Under the pieces are notes generated by a model. That model was not told where the DNA came from and searched no databases. It worked only from the letters and a program-made list of their open reading frames with translations. The translations under genes were made by a program, and so were the position numbers. A stretch of 63,104 nucleotides of DNA, the filler included, from Guillardia theta CCMP2712 (taxonomy: Eukaryota > Protista > Cryptophyta): NCBI RefSeq assembly GCF_000315625.1. It is 4 parts of 4 records of this genome, joined end to end, with 100 filler letters (N's around TTAATTAATTAA, not from the genome) between each part and the next. Parts side by side here need not be neighbours in the genome. Positions count along the whole stretch, not along the records: positions 32,771 to 63,104 come from NW_005434459.1; 3 more parts are not named here. One strand, written 5' to 3'. Positions 50,314 through 61,152 of the stretch are shown here, piece after piece. Every line of letters starts with the position of its first letter. Within the stretch, counting starts at the first letter, position 1.

Positions 50314-52030
50314 TTAAGCCAAAGGCTTGAGATATTTGTCAACAGCCTGCTTCACGTCCTCAGCGCTCTTCACCTTCTTCTCCACCTGCCTCTGAATGCT
50401 CGCAGCCACCTGATTGGAACCTGTGTCAAACTCCAACACATCTTCAAAGAGTCTCCATGGTCAAGCCTCACCTTCTTTAGATCCTCCTGCACAGCACTGA
50501 GCTTCTCGGCCGCAACGACGGGGTTCACTGCATGTGAGCGACTCTCCTTGATGGAGCGGGAAGCTTTACTTGTTCCCCCCTGCTGCCATCAAGTCAATTT
50601 GAGCCCCTTAAGACTAGAGGGACCAACCTGAACAGCCTCCTCGTACTGAGCCTTGGCCGCCCCCAGGAGCTTGATCCTCGACTGTACGTCCTTGGTCTTG
50701 AGCGCGTCCCTCGCCACCTGGTCGGCTACCCGGATCTCGAATTCTTTCTTGCTCAACTTGGGAGCAGTAACTTGACTCTGCGTGGCAGCATGGCGCTGCT
50801 GAGGGTGGGTCGCTCTTGTCTTCTGATGGGAGGGAAGGCTCACAGGTTTACCGGAGACGAGCGACTCCACATCGTCCACGGCCATGTCCAGAGGATTCTT
50901 CGCATGATGCTCCTGATGCCTGACCTGCTTGGGAGCGGCATGAATGGAAGACTTCCTGGCTAGTCTGTGAGCTTTCCCCGCTTCCAATGCTGCGATCTTC
51001 GCCTCATCATTGTGGATCTCATGTTCCAACCTGTGAAACTTGTTGGCATCGGCGTTCTTCCTTGCCATCTGTGCCCTTCCCCTAGTAAAATGCAGAGCCG
51101 CAAGCAGCTGCTTCGACAACCCGCTGTTTCTGGTGCGCTTTGCAGAAGCGTCGCTCAGGAAATCCTCCTCTCCATAGGAATTTGCCGTGTTGATCGCCCG
51201 CGTGCCATCGCTGTCCCAGTCCATGTAGTGCAGTGGGCGGTACCGTGCCGAGCCCTCATCGCCGATGACATGATTCTTCTCGTCAGGGTACGCGTAACCC
51301 AGAAGCTGGTCATTCGCGTTCTCAGACCCGTGCTCCTCCACCCAATCGTACCCTGGGCTGAGCCCATGGAAAAATTCACCGTAGTGGTCCTGAGGACCGA
51401 AGCCATAGTGCTCACCAAAGTGTTTGCCGTAGCCGTTGGAATAGACTTCACGGTCGTCATGGTAGTGGACTGGAAAGTGATAGCCGTAGTACTGGTCGTC
51501 ACACCAGGGATCGTCGATATACTCTCGTCTGTGGGTTCCAGTCTGCACCCAATCGAAGAACCATTTCCTGTCGAAACCATCGTTGTCTGTGGGGAGCGGG
51601 CGATACCTCTCGGGATCGTCGACATCATCACAGATGTACTGTTGCTTTCCTGTTCGAGGATCGATCTGTGGTGAGCAAGATTAGTGTCCAGTCGTTCGAA
51701 CGCTCTTCAACATACCCAGTAGCCATCATCATAGTGGCGTTCGACCCAGTTCTCTCTTCGATGCTCGCCATATCCCAGATCATTGTATACGTGATGATTG
51801 CCGTTCCTGTCTCCAGACACGAATCCGAGCTTGTGAAACCTGCGCTTTCCCATGGGGTTGGATAGCATCTTGGCTTTCGCTAAATCCTGATCTGCCTTCA
51901 TCAAGTCCTTGGCAACATCCGAAGAAGACTGAAGGACTGAAGGAACTCTGGATGACCAGGTGCTAATCATGAGAAGAGCCGCGATGGTCACAGCGGCCAT
52001 GGATACGATAGCCGTGCGAACTACCAACAT
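50314..52030 (-). CDS. N-anchored or secreted protein with a Tyr/His/Asp/Gly-rich domain and a C-terminal coiled coil, multi-exon
   Basis: MLVVRTAIVSMAAVTIAALLMISTW; DDQYYGYHFPVHYHDDREVYSNGYGKHFGEHYG; end VKQAVDKYLKPLA*. Confidence 0.7.
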
Positions 52031-52659
52031 AGCTCCTCCCTTCCGATCCAAACGAGGAACCTTGGCTGATCCTGAAGCAACAAATGTCAGCTGCGTCCTC
52101 ACACATGGTCTCTTCAGACTAGAGAAAGGCATTCGCCCCTCAAGCTATGTCAAGATTGATGGATATCGGACTGCTTCAATGAATGCCGCCAACTATGATA
52201 TGATCTTTTCTGTTCTCAGACACCATTTCCCTCACGTCGTAATTCGATCTCTCTCGCTCAACATAGGCTGCCCCCCTCTCTGTACTAATCAATCATTCTT
52301 GCTTCCTTGTCTGTGTTGCTTCCCATTGCATCTCATTTCTTGATAATCACTTCCCTCTCCCCCCGTCCTCCTCCACATCAACTCTTGCTCTCTCTCCCTC
52401 TCTCCTTCATTTCAATGTCTGCCATCTCGTCCGCTTCCCCTCCTCCCCATCTTCATCCAACCACTTACCATATTTCAGGTCTGCCATGGCTCTTCGCGCA
52501 AATCCACAACCTGACCCCCTCTATGACCTTCTTTTGCTTCCCAAAGAAGGGGTAGGGGTGATCGATGATCAAGGTGAGTAAAGGTATCAGTTAAGTTTGG
52601 GGGACAGCAATCGGCACCATGAGGGTTAGTTCTCGCTGTCTTCTCTCTTCAGCCTCGGA

Positions 52660-53050
52660 GCTGGCGAGTGTGCGGCAGGGCCGCATCAATCAATGATGCG
52701 CGGCGGCGGCCCGGCCTGTGCCACACTGAGAAGTGCCAGGAAAGGCTGCCCGGGCCGCCGCGCGGACGCCTTGTGTTCGGAAGTTCACCGGCGGCGGCTA
52801 CGGCGGCGACTCAGACTCGCCGCCGCCCGCCGAACGGGCAAGTTACCGGCGGCGGCCCAGTGCCGCCGCGCCCGGCCACAGTGCGCCGGCGCGCACCGAC
52901 GGTCGTGAACCGGTCGGTGACTCGTCAGTCCGATCACGACTGGCCGCTGTGACACTGCGGCAGTCGGAGCCGGGGCCTCACCGTGGCACTGCGGCGGCCC
53001 TGTTGAACGGTTGAGGGCCGAACTTCCGACGGAAGTTCGGGTGACTATCG
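52660..53050. promoter_or_regulatory. GC/CpG-rich intergenic island
   Basis: Dense CGGCGG/CCGG, GACTC and GTGAC words; non-coding context. Confidence 0.45.
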
Positions 53051-53067
53051 GATACTAGATTCAGAGG

Positions 53068-54385
53068 CTAAGGTGTTATTTTCAGTTTCAATGGCTCCAT
53101 CATGATAACATATTTGCAAGCTGAAGGAAATTTGGCCCAGTGGCTTGCCTGAGCTGGCCGCGCCGTTAAACATGCCCCGCCGCATAACATGCCCGCAGAG
53201 CCAGAGGCATCCTGGCAGTTGAATACTATTGTGGCATACTTCACTTCGACTCTACATTCCGTCGGCTCCCTGGTCTTCGCTGTCGCTTTCAGCAACACCA
53301 TATTGAGGTTCAAACTGCAAGGAACGCGTCACGAATGAGAACACAGGTGTTCAACCCATGAGTCATCACATACCTTTTGTAGGCTGAATAGCGCATGCGC
53401 TCTTGCCTTCAATCAAAGTCATCAGTATTTGCCCGATACTCTTCCGACGCAGAAAGTCAATCACCTCGCAAATCGCCAACTCTCCTGAAACAGCAGCGTC
53501 AGAGCCACAACTCCAAAAGCTCGTCGACTTCCCCGATGCACTTTAACTCACCTCGCTCAGTAAGTAGACTCTTGAGGATCTGCTGCAAGTCCAGCTGTAT
53601 GCGCTTCACCACAGGGCACAACTATCAACCATCTCCATGTCAGTAGCTGCCGACATTCACTCTCTCGTTTCACCCTGGCAATCTCGTCCAACGACAACTT
53701 GGAAAGCTTTTGCTGGAACTGTAACAACGGTCTCTCTCAGTCTCATGTTACACCCGCTCTCTCTCTCCCCCTTTCTCTCGCTTCTCGCTCCTGCTCTACC
53801 TCTCACGCATACCTCCTGCATCCGAGCAAGCTCTATTTGTTTCTTGGTCCTGCGATTTCTCCTCGTTGTAGATTGCCCTTGCTCCACCACTGCGGTGAGA
53901 GCTGGTTTGACGTCTTGCATGGCTTTCTGGGGATGCGAGAGGATCTCTGCTTTGGCTTCAGAGACCTGTGGAGCTTGCTCCCGGGTGGGGATGACACTGG
54001 GTGGTTCGATCTTGATGTACTTTGTTCCAGGATGCTGTTCTTCAACACAGTGCTCCTCTAAAGGGTCGGGTTGCTGATGTTTCCTTTTCAAAGACTCTAG
54101 CCCGAGGCTTGCTGAGTCGTTTGCCGAGGGTCGTATGGGAGTTGGTCTTGCAATTGCAAGGAGATCTCGTGCCGGTGCTGCGACCAAGGTGGTGGGTGGC
54201 TGCTGAAACATGTAGGTGCTGCCCAGCGCGTTCATCAGGTATCTTGCGAGCGAGTCGTCAAGAGGGCGAGGGAGGGAGGAAGAGGAATCGCTAGACTGGT
54301 GCAACAGGGAGGAGAGGAGGTTGTCTGAGAGGGAGGAAGAGGCGTTCTCCGGCATCATCCGCGCCGATCGATTGGGCAGGGACAT
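53068..54385 (-). CDS. Hypothetical protein, multi-exon, possibly nuclear (RRNRRTKK)
   Basis: Long first exon MSLPNRSAR..ELARMQE|GT; last exon ..YVIMMEPLKLKITP*. Confidence 0.6.
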
Positions 54386-54980
54386 GAAGAAATGGGGGAA
54401 ATTGTCGGGAGTGGCTGTTTGAAGGGGTGGGGTAAAGATATTAGAAATAAAGTACCGGTAGTTTTCTGCTGAAATGCAGGGGTACTGATTTCTATGGGCT
54501 GTCGCTTTTAGCGGGATATGGTAGGTCCTGGCTTTTTTTGTCTAGTAGGGGTTCTTTGTGATATGAGTACAAGACAACCGGTGTTTCTCCACGACAAAAT
54601 AAGGATAAAGAAGGGTGGGGGTGATATGAAACTAGCACCCTACCCAGTGATTTGGACCCTGCATTTTATCGATAAAACATGGATAATTTTTTTTACGATC
54701 GAATTGTGTGGGGAAGAGGAGGGTAGGGTGGGTGGGTGCATGGATTGGCGATCAAAAGATGCGAGGAGGTTTATTTTAAAAATTGACCGGCACAGTTCGA
54801 ACACGTTCAAAAAGTCAGATTTTGTTGATAAAATTCCATCGCCTCCATAATATGCATGCTATAGATTTGATTTTACTGAGAGATATTTCAGTGTATATGT
54901 CAAAACGATTCCATTCAATTTCAAATGAAATACAACCATCAATCTCAAGAACACCTGAACTTCGGAAACGAGCTTTTTAC

Positions 54981-55023
54981 TTTACTCAAAGTTAAGTTAA
55001 AGATCATCAGTACGAGGACAATC
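54981..55023 (-). repeat. Full reverse copy of the ~43-bp dispersed motif
   Basis: TTTACTCAAAGTTAAGTTAAAGATCATCAGTACGAGGACAATC. Confidence 0.85.
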
Positions 55024-55480
55024 GGTCACTGTGAGCCTGACCAGTGAGGAGAGTTGAGACGGTGCGGCCGCTGGCGGCCCGGCCCGGCCGGCCCGGCACC
55101 GGCACCGGCCGCGACAGGCCACGGCTCCCGAGTCTCGGACAGGAGACAGCTCGGCACGGTCCTCAGCCAGGCCCAATCAGCCGGGTCCTCCGCCGGGCGC
55201 GGCGGCGCAACAGTCTTACCGTACTGGCACTGAGCCCGGCATCCGATGTCACGTGATCGGCCGCCAGGACGCGCAGCGGGATGACTCAGTACGCCGGTCG
55301 GTGAGTCAGTCTGGCACGGCGAGGCCCGGCCCGTTGTGACTCAGTCAAGTCAAAGCCGCCGCTCAGAGGGCCGCCCGGCGGCACTCCGAGGCTCCGGCCC
55401 CACTGGGCCGCAGTGCGCCACCTGAGCCTGTGAGTGCGGCACCCGGCGCCGCCACCGTGCCGGACGGCGGGTGTACGTGA
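55024..55480. promoter_or_regulatory. GC/CpG-rich island with several TGACTCA/TGAGTCA words
   Basis: TGACTCAG at ~55282 and ~55337; TGAGTCAG at ~55302; dense CCGG. Confidence 0.5.
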
Positions 55481-55689
55481 CTCTTGAAGTTTAAACTCAG
55501 CATCGGACTCGTTAGGGAATGATTGAAAGAGCGGCGAAAAGCGAAATGATGAGTTTGTATGTATTCATTCAAAGATTTCAGTGTTTTACATGATGTGCGT
55601 GGTATGTTTTACAAATGTGAGCCTTGACGAATAATTGATTGATTGCCTGGGAGGAGACTGTGTGCTGAACCGTGAAGGTGAGGAAAGAA

Positions 55690-56467
55690 TTGAGATGTCT
55701 TAGAACCATTTCTCATCAGCCTATTGCCAAGTACCAGGTTAGACTTGCCCATTGATCAGGAGAAGCCGCACGTACCGTGGAGTTTGAGATGAGGAAAGCG
55801 ATGTTCATTCTAATGCTGCATGAGTCCACCTCTCGTCGCAGGCCGTAGGACTTCTCAGGGATGACGGATGAATTCTCTTTCTCGTATCTGTTTGAGATGT
55901 TTTGAAGCTGATTTCCGCTGTAATACAGAATCTGACACAGAGTTTCAGACTCCCATCAAACCGAGCGCTGGGCATATCATCATACCTCGTTCGCTCCACC
56001 CCATACAAGTTGTTGGGCGTCTAAGAGGGTAGGAGAGCTCGAAGAAGTCGGCGACAGGTTGATATTGCTATAATCGTGCGCTGATTCCACAACAGCGATG
56101 AACTCTTTCATGTTATGCCGGACCTAAGGTTCGGACAGTGTAAGTAGCCGCCTCTGAGGTGTAGTCTACTTCGCCTCACCTTGCGGTTTCTGCGGATGAA
56201 AGGAATGTCCCATCCAGCATCCCTCAGCCTCACGATCTTCTGTTCGCATGCTCTGAAGTCCTGGCCGAAGACAAGTCAGCAAAGCGGCCAGAAACTGAAG
56301 CGCCAAGTTTTCGCCCTCACCTGCTTCAATGAGCCATTCTTGTTCGCTTCTCTGACTAGGTCGCGGAGTACAGCACCTGTTGCTGCTCCTTGTTTCCAGA
56401 TTTCGACAAGAAGCTTGGTTTCCGCATCGGTCCATTTGGTTCCTCGGGTGGAGACTTTATCATTTAG
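55690..56467 (+). CDS. Hypothetical spliced gene or gene fragment
   Basis: Exon-like pieces SDTEFQTPIKPSAGHIIIPRSLHPIQVVGRLR; PQPHDLLFACSEVLAED; FPDFDKKLGFRIGPFGSSGGDFII*. Confidence 0.35.
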
Positions 56468-56749
56468 CCTGGGCTGTGAGTGTTCGAGGTAAGCAACAAA
56501 ACTGCAAGATAAATCGCAAGCAGACCTGCATCATTGCTGTTGCTGATTAGGAGGGTTCGATACTTGCTTCTGATATGCAGCAAATTCACAGGATCCGGGC
56601 AGAAAATCTAGGTTGGAACAGAGCAATTGATGCCAGTGTGCTTCGTGAATGAAGGCCACGAAACGAATCCGAAGATCTTCGTTTGTGAAAGAAAGCCTGA
56701 AGTCTAGAAGAGAGAGAAGATCAGGAGATCTAAGACTAGAAGCTTGGAG

Positions 56750-59215
56750 ATCGAATCGACTTTAGTGTCGATATGATTCCACTGAGCTGGACGCCGAATG
56801 CAGGATTCCGATGTGGGATACAAGTTTGTGGATTCGAGAGAAGGAAGAGGGATCGTATGTGTGCAGGAGGGGCAGGTAGGTGTCAAAGGCACTTGGAGAG
56901 GAAGAGGAGGGAGGCGATCTAGGAACTGGCCTGATCAAGACGGGGGTTGAGATTGGGCAAGGGAGGGGGGGGCAGCGCTAAAGATCTAGAACAAGCCCGT
57001 GTGCATAGTAGCGTGTTCGTAAGCAGAAGGAGTTGTGGGGTGGGGTGATCTTGTGGGGGAGTGGGTACTCCAGGGGAAGAGTTTATCCCTGAGGGGTACG
57101 GGTCCTGGCACATCGGTAGGTAGGGTAAAAAGTCGATGCATTAGGGTACCACTTTGTAGAGAGTGGGTGGGGGTGTATTTGGGTTGTGACTGAGCTTGTG
57201 TGGCTATCTGAACGTCCAGGGTAGGCATATGGTGGAAAATATATTGAGAAAGAAAATAGAAAAGTTTCTTCCTGGAGCCAAAGGAGACTGACCAGTTACA
57301 CAGCTAAACAGCGAAATGAAAAGATTGAAGAACATGGGTGGTATCAAGAATCTCTTGCATGGTGGGGTAGGTCATCTTTACGAGCATGGTGGTAATGATA
57401 GGGCCATAAGACTTGTAGGGTGGGTGGAGTATTTTACTGTGGTCTGTGTAGGGTAGTCAGGTGTAGGGAATCGAGGGTGGGGTGGCATCTCCATTCGTTG
57501 TGGTTTTGAGACTTGGTTGAGAAAACGGGGGAGGATCAGAGGGGTAGGGGTCCTGGTGTTTTTTGTGAAGTGTGGGAGAATACACACCAAATAGTAGGGT
57601 AGGGTCCTGTCATGCGGCTCCACGTATCGAGCTTATATTCAGTTTGAGGGGGTAGGGGTTAAAAGCAGGTGGGTTGGGTCTAGAAATCTAACAAAAGTTA
57701 TGAATTTATGCGTTGAAAAAATTCAAATTAAAGAACATAATTCGAAAAATATTTCAAAGATGGAAAGGGCGCTAGTATCTTTGTTGAATTGGTAGGGTCG
57801 TTGTCAATACTATATAAATGGGGGCGAAAGATTCTCCTGGGGGTAGGTGGGATGTCCAAAATGGTAGCTTGGAGGTAGGGTGAAATAGGTTGAAAGTTGG
57901 GTGGGGGTATGTGGCACGGCTCCTGTACATTGATGATTTTGTAGGGTGGGTACTGACCCCTACCCACCTTGTGTTGACTAGGACCCCAGTGAGAAAATCT
58001 TCAGGACACTTATGGATTGATGGAAGGGTGGGTGCATATTTGAGGGGGTACCAAGGGTCTTTTGACTATTGCATTTTGGAAGTTATCACCCGTGGGTGGT
58101 AGAGCTCGATCTCTTTTTGAGGGTGAGGCACAAGAAGTTAGGGTGCACTCAGACCACCCGTGTCAATTAGTGGGGTGGTATGACTCACAAGGTGGGTGGT
58201 CAAGAGTTTGTGTGATTCTCAGTCTGTTCTCCCGCCCCAAGTAATTTTACTAATACTTTTATGAATCAATCAGTACCCCCACCTACTTAATCGTTATAGT
58301 ACCCGTCCGATGGATTTACCACCCCTCCGAATTTACTCTGTGACCAGGAATAAGACTCTTTGATCTGTACCCCACCCATACTATATACTTCCTCCTCAAA
58401 AGTACGGGTCCTGAAAGATGTTCTTTGTACACTCCCTCTGTCACGCCTTGCCATGGAGAGGTACCTGGATCATGACCCCACCTTCGTCATTTACCACCCC
58501 CTTCAGGACCAGGGAACCCCCTGGGATCCACTTTTTCTTCGTCCGATTCCGTGCACTTCCACCCACTACATATGTACCCGTACTATACCTTGACTTTGAC
58601 TGGGTGGGGTACTTCGATAAACAATTGTGACAGTCTGGGAATACGTATCGAATGATCACAGGTCCCCTACCCCCTGATTTGATCTAAATTATCACCCTAC
58701 CCCCCATGAAAGAGGTTCTAAGATCATTTGCTGCGCCTTCCCATCACTATACTCATATCACTTATTGCTTTTCCCGAAAGAATGCTGCTCTACTGTACAA
58801 TCTTTCCGAGAAATGATCACCCACCCTAGAAATTCTATGAAGTACCCCACCCTATGCACCTTTTGCTTGTTTACACACCGTTTCGTCACCCTGCCAACTC
58901 ACAGTCATCTCCATCGTCCCCACCACCCTGAGGTCAAATCGTACAAACCCACCCTGTGTTCTCCCCTTCTAAGTACGGGTGGGGTGCTCCTTACTTTTAC
59001 AACTCGTGGTTCTTTTTTCCTTTCTTTTTTTTTTAGCACGTAAAGCGTTTAGAGGGGATCTGGGGTCAACCACCCCACCGGGTAGCAGCCGCAGGAATTT
59101 TGTAAAAGTACCGGGTGCTCTGTACCAAGAGGGAGCCTCAGCCTGGGCCACCCCTTTCGTGCCTGACATCCCTCCCAAGGTCCGAAGGGTGGGTCAGCAG
59201 ACACGTATAGTTCAA
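56750..59215. other. Large degenerate GpC-depleted block, possibly a decayed transposon or gene relic
   Basis: Broken ORFs; strong GpC loss; G-rich left part and C-rich right part; no diagnostic TE domain readable. Confidence 0.5.
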
Positions 59216-59557
59216 CCAGGCTTTAACTTAACTTTGAGTAAAGTTGGCTGAGCTGGTACTATGATTTAACTTAAACTTTGAGTCTCCCGGCCCGGCCCGG
59301 CTTGACTCCGACCCCGCGCCCCGCCGCGCCCCCCGGCGCTCAAGCCGTGACTACCAACGGTCCTCGTTATTGACTTTACTCAAAGTTAAGTGAAAAATCA
59401 GTACGATATCACGTAGAAAGCGAACTTTACTCAAAGCTAATTAAAAATCAGTACGAGGACAATCAGGAGAGTCGATGGCCCGGCCTGTGCCGCGGTCGGA
59501 CCGGGTAACGGCGAGTCTGCTGATCGGATCATCATGTGATCGCCACCGTAGCCGCCG

Positions 59558-59875
59558 GTGAACACGTCCGGGCAGCCTCCTTTCATTGAGAAGGCAAGTT
59601 CAACAGGACCAATCTACCGGCGTGCCAACTTTATGTGCCCGATGTGCTGCTCTTGGACACCTTCTAAAGATTGGAATACATTGTCTGTCTGCAATACATG
59701 CGTAGATATGTATGTTGTATGGAGGTGCTCTATGTGTGATGATGTGTTTGAGCACCGCGACGCAATAGCAATCACAGATTATTGCCATGGACGCTTTATA
59801 AAGGTGCCATACTGCAAGAGATGTGATGAAGAGGAGCTCATGCTGGTATTGTGGAGAGATATACAATCCGTGTAA
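59558..59875 (+). CDS. Small intronless Cys-rich (CxxC) ORF, AT-rich, possibly of viral or mobile origin
   Basis: CPMC, CNTC, CSMC and CKRC pairs; real ATG probably at 59633. Confidence 0.4.
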   Translation: MNTSGQPPFIEKASSTGPIYRRANFMCPMCCSWTPSKDWNTLSVCNTCVDMYVVWRCSMCDDVFEHRDAIAITDYCHGRFIKVPYCKRCDEEELMLVLWRDIQSV

Positions 59876-60015
59876 TGGATATGATAAGGACTATTCCTCA
59901 AATGGTTGAACGTCTGCAGACGATTGGAGAGATTAGGCTACAAGAATCCAGGGGGTACATTTTACTAACTGTGCACCCTTATATTTTTTGATCAATGATT
60001 GGATTTTCATTCAGT

Positions 60016-60222
60016 TTACAAATCTCTAATACACTCTCCACAATCTAGCCTTCTTCTCTTGGGGCTACATTCTTCATCTTGTGTCTTGCAGTCCTTGCAA
60101 TTAAACCTTCGGTTTTTGTGTATGCATATAGAGCCACCACCACATTCTTTGCATACGCTTCTTACTGTATCATGCTCACATATAGAACCGACTCCACACT
60201 CCTTGCAATAGCTTCTTACTAA
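60016..60222 (-). pseudogene. 5'-truncated fragment with CKECGGGSICEH-type Cys/His repeats
   Basis: Manual translation: RSYCKECGVGSICEHDTVRSVCKECGGGSICIHKNRRFNCKDCK...IRDL*; no ATG. Confidence 0.7.
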
Positions 60223-60249
60223 AACAGACTAAAACAGACTAACAGACTC

Positions 60250-60706
60250 TGTTGCAAGGAATGTGGTGGTACTACGGCAGCTCGAGGAGCGTTCAACAGG
60301 ACCTGAGCTCAACCGCAGACGCGTGGGTGGTGTTGTGCGGACAGAACTACCAATACCGGAAGTTTTATCTCAATGGCGTAGAGTATGACCGATCAGCGCG
60401 AGCCTGCCAGACAGTCTGCAGCTTGTCATCAACGACATCAGCTGGCAGCTTGGCAGCGGTTACGTGATGGCATCAGATTGGGCGTTGAGCGAGTTGGCAA
60501 TCTGGCGAGGAGCGCTGCGAGCAGAAGAGATACGAGCTGTGTCGGAGCACTCAGGCTTGATGCAGAAGCTGTCAGCCGGCAGCAGCGCCGTCTACAACGA
60601 GCCCCTCAACGTGTCGTGTGACAACTTTGACGTCGCAAACAACACCATTGCTCCTGCTGCTGCTCTAGGACGGTACCTCTACGCATTTCAACTGCTCCGA
60701 CGCTAG
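60250..60706 (+). pseudogene. Frameshifted fragment of a LamG/concanavalin-like lectin-fold gene
   Basis: AWVVLCGQN..FYLNGVEY then, after a frameshift at ~60395, LVIND..ASDWALSELAIWRGALRAEEIRAV, resembling a LamG C-terminus. Confidence 0.5.
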
Positions 60707-61152
60707 TCTGGGCGGCCCCCAGGGATCCTGCGACTCGTCAGTGGGCCCCGCAAACGCCTCCGTCGCCTTCGTGCAGCTCCTCCATCAGCGCACTTGCACT
60801 GGTTTGCAAGTGCGCTCAGTCCGAACGGCTGCCGCGGCCAACCATCTCAGATGGTCTTTACTAACGGTAAATCTTGCAGTAGGCCATGATGTTGCTCAAC
60901 TCATTCTCTCTTCACTGTCTTCAGCATCATCTTCATCTTTTTTTTACTTCATCATGGTGTTTGCCACGGTCGCCTTCACTCAGCCGTCACGGTTAAAATG
61001 ATGATCGCCGGGCCGCCGGTCGCGGTTCGGCCTCACTGTCAGTGACCGAGGTCCGGGCCCCGGTCAGGCTCTCAGTGTTGATTGTCCTCGTACTGATTTT
61101 AAGTTAACTGCCGATGTGGCCAATCGCTTCACAATCGGATCAGTGTTTGTAG

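Noticed and set aside
52668-53014. Arg/Pro/Ala-rich ORFs in GC islands (also 14841-15263 and 55044-55256)
   Set aside because: Open in several frames only because of extreme GC content; no protein-like features
56750-58250. Assignment of the degenerate block to a LINE or other specific TE family
   Set aside because: No readable RT, endonuclease or transposase motif; left as an unclassified relic
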